From NCBI RefSeq assembly GCF_000014265.1, contig NC_008312.1, positions 5,100,001 to 5,132,000 on the forward strand: a DNA stretch of 32,000 nucleotides, in the 5' to 3' direction. Below the pieces are notes generated by a model that did not search any database, had not been told where the DNA came from, and worked only from the letters and a program-made list of their open reading frames with translations. The position numbers and the translations under genes were made by a program. Origin of the DNA: Trichodesmium erythraeum IMS101 (GTDB taxonomy: Bacteria; Cyanobacteriota; Cyanobacteriia; Cyanobacteriales; Microcoleaceae). Below, piece after piece: positions 8,872 through 16,117 of this stretch (position 1 is the first letter of the stretch; every line of letters begins with the position of its first letter).

Positions 8872-9995
8872 TGAAACTTTACTTCTATATTCTTTCCGGC
8901 ATAACTTCCGCCCTTCTTGGATGGAACATAGGACAACTGTTCCTCAGTGACTTTGGCTTGTTTAACCTTTTGGCTGAAGTTGGCATTTTTCCGGAAATAA
9001 TCTTGTTTCCCTGCATTGCTATCTCCCTGGCGATGGGCAGTATTGCTAACGAAATCTTCCTTAGTAACCCCACTCGTCCCAAAATCAGCTTGCGGACGCT
9101 ACCCGCTCCCTTGTTCATCGCTTTCATTATAGGAATTATCTTTGGTTTAGTAGCGGGTGGCATTTACCAAATTTTCTTAGCTCCCGAAATAGCTGTTCCC
9201 CCTTTTATTGTTCGCATCTGTGGTTGGTTAATAGTGGGAGCTTCCGTAGGCTCTGCCGAAGGGTTGAGTTGGCGGTGGCGTAGTATTCAAGCTGGCAACC
9301 CTAAATACTTCCGAAAACGACTTTTTCTCAGTATGATCACAGCTAGTATTGCCAGTCTCATAGCTGCTATCGCCTTTGAATTATTGCGCCAAATTCAGGG
9401 ATCTATGCCAGCATCTTTCAAATCTTATGAAGATCCTTTCGGTTTTGCTATTTTGGGATTATGTTTGGGCATTGCTTTTAGTATTACCAACTTTACCCCC
9501 AGTTATCTGCCAGCATTGAGAGCAGGAAGTGGATTCGAGTATTCAGGAGAAGAATATGATGACATCGATCCCCGTCGGACAGTCCTCAGTCGAGACTATC
9601 CCAGGATAAATAGCTCCCTCCTGAAGTTTATCAGTTACCGTTCTCAATACAAATACGATAATGACTACAAAATTGAGGAAGGTTTATCTATGGAACTTCC
9701 CGACCAGGGAATTATTCGCATTGGTTCAGCCAACAAAGCTCAGATTTGCCTTCCCCACCTCCCTCTGCACGCTGCAGATATTAGACTAAAAAGAAAAAAC
9801 GCGATTTTATTTCCCAACCCAAGGTTTTTTGATACCGTTGCCATTAACGGGACGCGACTCAGTTCTAGTCGTAATATTGATCTCAAACATAACTATGTCC
9901 TTACTTTCTACACTAATGCTCAAGATGATAATATTGAAGTTCCCGAATGCTACCGTATGGTCTTCTATAACCGCTTTTTCGATCCGATGGCTTAG
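8871..9995 (+). CDS. Polytopic (~6 TM) glycine-zipper membrane protein with C-terminal divergent FHA-like domain
   Basis: 374 aa. The ATG shares one base with the upstream TAA (TAATG at 8869-8873). TM helices contain GxxxGxxxG (GIIFGLVAGG, GASVGSAEG). C-terminus IIRIGSANKAQICLPHLPLHAADIRL...VAINGTRL fits the FHA pattern loosely. Confidence 0.75.
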   Translation: MKLYFYILSGITSALLGWNIGQLFLSDFGLFNLLAEVGIFPEIILFPCIAISLAMGSIANEIFLSNPTRPKISLRTLPAPLFIAFIIGIIFGLVAGGIYQIFLAPEIAVPPFIVRICGWLIVGASVGSAEGLSWRWRSIQAGNPKYFRKRLFLSMITASIASLIAAIAFELLRQIQGSMPASFKSYEDPFGFAILGLCLGIAFSITNFTPSYLPALRAGSGFEYSGEEYDDIDPRRTVLSRDYPRINSSLLKFISYRSQYKYDNDYKIEEGLSMELPDQGIIRIGSANKAQICLPHLPLHAADIRLKRKNAILFPNPRFFDTVAINGTRLSSSRNIDLKHNYVLTFYTNAQDDNIEVPECYRMVFYNRFFDPMA

Positions 9996-11208
9996 TAGTT
10001 TAGCTATAGCTATACTAGGTTTCAACAGTTCAGCTTTCGGACAGACTGCCGAAATTGTTGGTCGTCCCATGGTCAAGGATGATGAAATTACTCTCCGCAT
10101 TAAAGTTACTGAAGATGGAGAGCGCCCGGCAATGTTTCTTGAAGAACAAGATTTTCAGGCAATTGTCGATAACGACCTGGTAGATATTATATCATGGAAA
10201 AATCCTGAAGAAAGCGTTCCTCCTCCAGCATGGATTATAGTTTTGCTCGACTTTAGCGGGAGTATGAAGGAAAAAGATAGTAGTGGAACTACAAAACTTG
10301 AGGGAGCGATCAAGGCTACCCGAGAATTTCTGGAAACAACGAGTGCGCGTGGTAGCAATACCAGGGTAGCAATTTTTCCTTTTGGGGAAGGTGGAGGAAG
10401 ATGTAATAGTTATAAGGTGAGGAGGGAGAATATCAAATCTAGATTTTTTCCTGCGGACGATTTCAAACACAAAAACTTACTAGATAATCTGGCCAAGAAA
10501 ACTCCTTGCGCATCCACTAATATTTATGACCCTCTCAAAGAAGCTATCCGCTTGCTCAGCGACCAAGAAGATACGGACTTTTATGTTCCTGAAGATTCCA
10601 TAGAACCAGAACCACGACTATCAGTGATTTTGCTGTCTGATGGGTACCATAACAAAAAATACGAAAACCGGGATTTTAGGAGATTAATTGCTTTACTTGA
10701 GCGTCATGATCATATTGTGGTTCACACTTTGGGATACGGTTTAACACAAGAACAGCTTGGAAAAAAGTATAATCTGGGACGACCAGCAACCCGCGCTGAT
10801 GTAAATCAAAAATATGTTCCAGCAGAGGAATTTGTTGACCAGATGCGTTTGCAGGAAATAGCAGAAGTAACAGGAGGAATCTCAGAATTCTCTGGTGATG
10901 CTGATGATATTGCCGAGGCGTTGCAGTTATTTCTCAATTCTCTGTTAGGAGAATACGAGATTATTTATCGGGAACCCAACCCGGTACGCGCCTCTAAACA
11001 TGAGGTTTTTGTGACAGCTACAGTTAATGGACAGGATGTAGATACTACACAGAAATCTTATACTATTAATGCTTTTGGGCGATCGCTACCAGCAAAAACC
11101 AGATTAAAAATGACGGGTTTAGTGTTGTTGCTATTGGGGTTAGGAGGAGTTATACCTTTCTGGAATTGGAGTCAGAGACTCAAGCAAGAAACTGAAGAAG
11201 ATTTTTAA
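9925..11208 (+). CDS. Secreted vWA-domain protein with C-terminal membrane anchor
   Basis: MIDAS DFSGS (IIVLLDFSGSMKE), later ILLSDGYHN. Signal-peptide-like WLSSLAIAILGFNSSAFG/QT. C-terminal TM GLVLLLLGLGGVIPFW. The start is uncertain: in-frame ATGs at 9829, 9895, 9916 and 9925 all overlap the upstream gene, and I chose 9925 as closest to the signal peptide. Confidence 0.7.
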   Translation: MIILKFPNATVWSSITAFSIRWLSSLAIAILGFNSSAFGQTAEIVGRPMVKDDEITLRIKVTEDGERPAMFLEEQDFQAIVDNDLVDIISWKNPEESVPPPAWIIVLLDFSGSMKEKDSSGTTKLEGAIKATREFLETTSARGSNTRVAIFPFGEGGGRCNSYKVRRENIKSRFFPADDFKHKNLLDNLAKKTPCASTNIYDPLKEAIRLLSDQEDTDFYVPEDSIEPEPRLSVILLSDGYHNKKYENRDFRRLIALLERHDHIVVHTLGYGLTQEQLGKKYNLGRPATRADVNQKYVPAEEFVDQMRLQEIAEVTGGISEFSGDADDIAEALQLFLNSLLGEYEIIYREPNPVRASKHEVFVTATVNGQDVDTTQKSYTINAFGRSLPAKTRLKMTGLVLLLLGLGGVIPFWNWSQRLKQETEEDF

Positions 11209-11275
11209 TGACAAAATGAGCAACTTTTTGAATTTGCTATAATTACATAGCTATCTCTCAGGAGAAAAAACTACA

Positions 11276-12709
11276 ATGAACTGGCAAAACTTGACTCAAA
11301 AACTCCCTAAACCAATTATCTTCGGAATATTCGGCGGTGCTGGATGTCTTATAGCTGCGGCAATATTTGGTGAAATGTGGCTGTCTCTGACCAGGCGACC
11401 TCCCCAACCTCAAACTGTCGTTCTCCTCATCGACACTTCTTCTAGCATGTGGGGTGGTAAACTTCCAGAAGTCCAAGCAGCAGCTACCGGATTCGTTGAA
11501 CGACAAAATTTAACTGTTAATAACTTAGCCATTGTAGAATTTTCCAGCAACTCGCAAGTTCTGACCAATTTTGATGCTGATAAAACTGAACTCAAACAAG
11601 CGATCGCTAATCTCACCCCATCTGGAGGTACAAACCTTTCTCAAGGCCTCAAAACAGTCGCTTCTCTTCTGCGAAACAGCAACACTCCCAATATTCTCCT
11701 ATTTACAGATGGTCAACCCAACGACCCTAGGGCCTCAAAATCAATAGCTAGAGAAATCCGAGAGGCAGGAATTAATTTAGTCACAGTGGGAACCGGAGAT
11801 GCAAACAGTAACTATCTCACTTCCTTGACAGAAAATCCAGACCTAGTCTTTTTTGCTAACTCTGGAGAAATAGACCAAGCTTTCCGAGCTGCTGAAAAAG
11901 CCATCTCACAACTATCTGACACAAGTGGTAATTACGGCTTAGTCTTCGGTATTTTCCGCATAGGGGCATGGACCGGTTTTCTGGCTCTCGGAATTGGACT
12001 GGCCTTAATCCTTGGACAAAACTATAACCTCCGCCGTCGGTTGTTGTCGAAGCAAGAAGTTGCTCTTGGAGGTGGGGGTGGTTTTCTCGCTGGAGTAGTA
12101 GGTGGAGCGATCGGTCAATTGGCGCTTCTGTCAAGTACTAATCTCCCGACTTTAGCGATCGTAGCTCGAATGACCGGCTGGACTTTTCTCGGAACCCTTG
12201 TTGGTGGTGGAACGTCTTTATTTGTTCCTAACCTACCTCGTGAAAAAGCCTTGATCGCCGGAGGGTTAGGAGGTGTGTTAGGAGCGACTTGCTTTCTCTT
12301 GCTCAATGCATTGGTAGGTGTGCTTCCAGCTCGTTTGGTAGGAGCAGGAATTTTAGGATTTTGCATTGGGTTGGCTATCGCTTTTAGTGAACAACTAGAC
12401 CGGGAGGTAGTATTGTTGGTTCGCTGGAACAACTCAGAATTTACAACTATTTCCTTGGGAAAGGAACCCATTGAACTTGGTAGCTCCCGGAATGCTCATA
12501 TTTATCTATCAAGAGATGCTGGTTTTCCCGCTAAGTTTGCTAAGATATTTATTGAAGAAGAAAAAATTATTTTAGAATTTGACCCGTCAATTAGAGAGCG
12601 CCCGAAGTTTCAAAATATGAAAGTTTTGAAACAGGAACTTTCATATGGCTCAAGTCGTAAATTCGGAGATGTTTTATTAGAAATTCCACAAAAAAACATA
12701 CTAAAATAA
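11276..12709 (+). CDS. Membrane protein: N-terminal TM, vWA domain, five glycine-zipper TM helices, C-terminal divergent FHA-like domain
   Basis: 477 aa. TM1 IIFGIFGGAGCLIAAAIFG. MIDAS DTSSS (VVLLIDTSSSMWG), GGTNLSQG, LLFTDGQPND. TM block aa ~220-371 has GFLAGVVGGAIG, GGLGGVLG, GILGFCIG. C-terminus ISLGKEPIELGSSRNAHIYLSRD...FAKIFIEEEKIILEFD. Confidence 0.75.
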   Translation: MNWQNLTQKLPKPIIFGIFGGAGCLIAAAIFGEMWLSLTRRPPQPQTVVLLIDTSSSMWGGKLPEVQAAATGFVERQNLTVNNLAIVEFSSNSQVLTNFDADKTELKQAIANLTPSGGTNLSQGLKTVASLLRNSNTPNILLFTDGQPNDPRASKSIAREIREAGINLVTVGTGDANSNYLTSLTENPDLVFFANSGEIDQAFRAAEKAISQLSDTSGNYGLVFGIFRIGAWTGFLALGIGLALILGQNYNLRRRLLSKQEVALGGGGGFLAGVVGGAIGQLALLSSTNLPTLAIVARMTGWTFLGTLVGGGTSLFVPNLPREKALIAGGLGGVLGATCFLLLNALVGVLPARLVGAGILGFCIGLAIAFSEQLDREVVLLVRWNNSEFTTISLGKEPIELGSSRNAHIYLSRDAGFPAKFAKIFIEEEKIILEFDPSIRERPKFQNMKVLKQELSYGSSRKFGDVLLEIPQKNILK

Positions 12710-12995
12710 TTCTTAAGTCTGGAGTCAGCAGGAGAACTAATATTATCGTTTATACTAGTAATTTGATTTTTATCTATGGAATTAATTGGATTAAATCATC
12801 ATGTCAATAATTATATCAAGCCTGGTTAAATAGTTATTATTCAAGCTTGTAAAACAAAAACTTTTTTTTACTTATTATCTGGACATCATGTCATACCATT
12901 TTAATAAAGTTATGCCATCAGCATAAATTATTGAGTAACCTTTTCTCAGTCATGGTTAGGCGGATTAAACTCTTCCATATTTTTAAAGAAATTGG

Positions 12996-13086
12996 TCAGG
13001 ACTTACCCATAACTTAACTATACATAGCAAGGGTTAACGACCGTTAACCTCTACAAATAGTGTATAATTTGTGTGCGTAAGTCCTC
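12996..13086. mobile_element. MITE-like element (~90 bp) with terminal inverted repeats TCAGGACTTACCCA ... TGCGTAAGTCCT
   Basis: Termini are reverse complements (GGACTTAC / GTAAGTCC). Internal palindrome GGTTAACGACCGTTAACC. The same termini occur at 21669-21759, 24054-24143 and 30486-30606. Confidence 0.6.
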
Positions 13087-13304
13087 TTAGTCTTAGTTAA
13101 GAAGCCAAGAGATAAGAGGCACTTATGTAGAAGGTGACTATCAGGAGTCTCCTGAATGGGAGCCACTGAACTATTTTCAGGGCAGGGAATTGAAGCCCAA
13201 ATGCCCTAAGTTCACCAAAAGACTTGTCTTCGGCGTCGGGATAGATCTATCCTACCTCCTGCCTTTCTTTGTTCAAAAGAATTTAGTATGGGAAACAAAA
13301 ATTT

Positions 13305-13694
13305 ATGGTAAAATACACCCTAACAATTGCGAACAATAGTCAACCTAACTTAAATCCTGTATCCTACAGTTTAGAATTGGGTTATGAGTCTGAAAATAAT
13401 CCAGAACAGTTGTTTGATAGAGAATTTCGCGAACAACTCCGCTCAACTCTCCAACAAAAAACATCCTGTTCGATCAATGATTACCATTTAGAAACTATTG
13501 TGACAATTTGGATGGAGGATATCTGTAGGGGTTATCGCTCAACCAGTCTCAGTTTCAATCTCCTCCCAATAGAATTTGATAATATTCATCGACTTCAAGA
13601 TCCAGGAGATTTCTCAATTCCTGATCTATTTCCTCCCGACCTAAGCACAATTTGCCCCCAAAACGGAGTTTTTCCTCCATTAATCTTTAATTAA
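13305..13694 (+). CDS. Hypothetical protein (129 aa), orphan ORF in the gap splitting the cluster
   Basis: ORF only, with no recognisable motif. Same orientation as the cluster. Composition is protein-like, but there is no supporting signal. Confidence 0.35.
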   Translation: MVKYTLTIANNSQPNLNPVSYSLELGYESENNPEQLFDREFREQLRSTLQQKTSCSINDYHLETIVTIWMEDICRGYRSTSLSFNLLPIEFDNIHRLQDPGDFSIPDLFPPDLSTICPQNGVFPPLIFN

Positions 13695-13871
13695 ATCTAT
13701 GATAGATAGCAGTTCTTGAATTTATAAGGTACAGTTTTAGAACCATCCCCGCTATCCTTAAAAATGGAATATCTTTCAAAGTTTCCCTGAAAAAGGGAGA
13801 TTCAGGAGGATCGTCAGTGTACTTGAGAACTGTGGGAATTGCTAGAATAAAAACCTATTACTTAAAAATTT

Positions 13872-15197
13872 ATGCTTGACGTAACCATTACCCCCCATCG
13901 AGAATTTCTAGCGGCTGATACCCCTGGACAAAAGCTGTTTGTCATGTTAAAATTACGTCCAAACGCAATTGTTTCAGCAAGTCGTCCTTCAACAACCTTC
14001 ACCTTTGTTATTGATACCAGTGGTTCAATGTATGATGATAGTGAAGTGGGGAGGCCGAAAATTGATATTGTTGTTGAAGCTCTCGAACGCTTAGTTACTG
14101 ATATACAAGCAGATCCTCGCGATCGAATTGCCCTAGTACAATTTGATGATTCAGCATCAGTTTTGTTGCCCTTGACTGCTGCCACAGATACTGTTACTCT
14201 CCAAAATGCCATCTCCAAATTACGAAGTTTTAGTGGTGGAACAAGGATGGCTTTGGGAATAGAAAAATCCCTGAATTTATTGAAAGACTCTGTTCTCAGT
14301 AGTCGTCGCACTCTCATTTTTACTGATGGACAGACAATAGATGAAATTGACTGTCGAGAACTAGCGGTACAATTTGCCCAAGCTGGAATTCCTATTACTG
14401 CTCTCGGTGTTGGTGACTACAATGAAGACTTGTTAGTCTATTTGAGTGATCACACTGGGGGTCGCGTTTTTAATGTTGTGGAACAAGCCAGTAATACTGG
14501 AACCACAGATATAGCAATTTCTGAGCTGCCACAGACAATTTTTCAAGAAGTACAACAGGCTCAAGCTGAGGTCATTAATAACCTCAAGCTTAGTGTTCGT
14601 ACTGTCAAAGGGGTTAATTTACAAAGACTTAGCCGTGTTTATCCAGACCGCGCTGATATTCCTGTTACTCAAGAACCTTATCTCATCGGCAGCGCTCTCG
14701 CTAATGACGATACTATTTTTATTCTTGATTTTGATATTGATAGCAGAGCTCAATCACGGGTTCGTATTGCTCAATTAGGTTTAACTTACGACATTCCCGG
14801 TCAGCAGCGACGAGGAGAACTACCCCCTCAAAATCTTGTTATTCAGTTGGTTGCCGGAAAAGGTGGAATTGCCCAAACAAATCCGGAAGTCATGGGATAT
14901 GTACAACAGTGTAACATTGGTCAATTAGTCGATCATGCAGCAGCAGTAGCTGATAGCAACCCTGATGAAGCAGCAAAACTTTTGGAAACAGCAAAACGAG
15001 TAACTGTCAAAATTGGAAATGAAGCCATGTTAAAAACTCTCAATCTTGGTATTGAAGAAGTACGCAAAACCCGTAAACTGTCTTCAGGAACCCGCAAGAC
15101 TGTAAAAATGGGTGCTAAGGGTAAAACTGTAAAAATGAGCGATAGTCCTAATGATCAACTTTCAGAAGAACAAATCCGTAATATGACAGGAACCTAG
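13872..15197 (+). CDS. Soluble vWA-domain protein (TerY-like)
   Basis: 441 aa. MIDAS DTSGS (TFTFVIDTSGSMYDD), GGTRMALG, LIFTDGQTID. No TM segment. Basic C-terminal tail with repeated KTVKM. Confidence 0.8.
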   Translation: MLDVTITPHREFLAADTPGQKLFVMLKLRPNAIVSASRPSTTFTFVIDTSGSMYDDSEVGRPKIDIVVEALERLVTDIQADPRDRIALVQFDDSASVLLPLTAATDTVTLQNAISKLRSFSGGTRMALGIEKSLNLLKDSVLSSRRTLIFTDGQTIDEIDCRELAVQFAQAGIPITALGVGDYNEDLLVYLSDHTGGRVFNVVEQASNTGTTDIAISELPQTIFQEVQQAQAEVINNLKLSVRTVKGVNLQRLSRVYPDRADIPVTQEPYLIGSALANDDTIFILDFDIDSRAQSRVRIAQLGLTYDIPGQQRRGELPPQNLVIQLVAGKGGIAQTNPEVMGYVQQCNIGQLVDHAAAVADSNPDEAAKLLETAKRVTVKIGNEAMLKTLNLGIEEVRKTRKLSSGTRKTVKMGAKGKTVKMSDSPNDQLSEEQIRNMTGT

Positions 15198-15285
15198 TCT
15201 GAAACCTAACTTTACGCCAGATACCTGACACTTATAATGGAAAAACTCAGTTAAAAGAAAAAAGAGTGAATGTTGTTAATTTTTC

Positions 15286-15320
15286 AACCTAAAACCTAAA
15301 ACCTAACACCTAACACCTAA
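15286..15320. repeat. Heptanucleotide tandem array (AACCTAA x3, CACCTAA x2), STRR-like
   Basis: Five perfect or near-perfect 7-nt units, ending 9 nt upstream of the ATG at 15330. Confidence 0.7.
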
Positions 15321-15329
15321 AAAATAGCT

Positions 15330-16049
15330 ATGTATATTACCTGTGAAACTTGTGGCTACGATAATAATCCCACGGATGCCGAATACTGCGAGGCATGTGG
15401 TGCAGAGTTGAAAAGTACTAGTCCCGCTATCATTGAACAAAATCAACCAATTACAACTCCTAAAGTTATTCCTATGACACCTTCAGGACCAGAGTTAGCT
15501 GTTACTACTTGTCAAGCTTGTGGCTATGATAATAATCCTATTGATGCTGAATATTGTGGCGCATGTGGTGCAGAGCTAAAAAGCATCGCTGCCACTACCA
15601 TTCAAACAAATCCAACAATTACGACTCCTAAATTCATTCCCATCACACCTTCAGGGCCAGGATTAGAATCTACTTCTGCCATTCCCACACCTTCTTTATC
15701 GACAACAATATCCCCTGCACGTTTAGTTGCTAAACAACCCAATGTCCCTCAATCTGAATTTCCTCTAAACAATGTTGCAGTGGTAGGGGTGTTCGATCCT
15801 GATAGTGGTCCAGTGGATATCGATCTTGAAAGTTTTCTGGGTGGGGAAACAGTGTCACGTCAGCACGCCGAAATTTACCCAGAATATGGGCATTGGATGG
15901 TAAAAGACCTAGGATCACTTAACGGTATTTTTATCAAACCTAGTGGTCAAACTCGCTTTGGGGCAAGAATTACCACTCCTATGAATTTGAATCCTGGGGA
16001 CGAAATTGCCTTTGGAAAAGTTCAATTTGTATTTCGACTAGGAAGTTAG
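15330..16049 (+). CDS. Double zinc-ribbon FHA-domain protein
   Basis: 239 aa. Two CxxC-x11-CxxC ribbons (CETCGYDNNPTDAEYCEACG, CQACGYDNNPIDAEYCGACG) lie within a tandem ~56-aa duplication. C-terminal FHA signature GGETVSRQHAEI...KDLGSLNGIFI...GDEIAFG. Confidence 0.85.
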   Translation: MYITCETCGYDNNPTDAEYCEACGAELKSTSPAIIEQNQPITTPKVIPMTPSGPELAVTTCQACGYDNNPIDAEYCGACGAELKSIAATTIQTNPTITTPKFIPITPSGPGLESTSAIPTPSLSTTISPARLVAKQPNVPQSEFPLNNVAVVGVFDPDSGPVDIDLESFLGGETVSRQHAEIYPEYGHWMVKDLGSLNGIFIKPSGQTRFGARITTPMNLNPGDEIAFGKVQFVFRLGS

Positions 16050-16117
16050 CAAAAACTATAGCTAATTTGAGGACTTCACCACTTTGTTAACATCTTACAT
16101 CATCATTAAGTAAGCTC

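Noticed and set aside
9829-9924. Longest-ORF start (9829) for the secreted vWA gene
   Set aside because: It would add ~32 residues overlapping the upstream gene by 167 nt and lying ahead of the signal-peptide-like segment. A later ATG (9895, 9916 or 9925) is more plausible, but I cannot decide among them without RBS or homology data.
7600-12471. Antisense or alternative-frame ORFs inside the giant protein, membrane and vWA genes (7600-7797, 8593-8778, 8885-9163, 9807-10100, 10155-10358, 10192-10470, 11258-11506, 11410-11616, 11856-12134, 12115-12471)
   Set aside because: All lie fully within much longer ORFs that carry clear domain motifs on the + strand. They have no motifs of their own and are treated as shadow ORFs.
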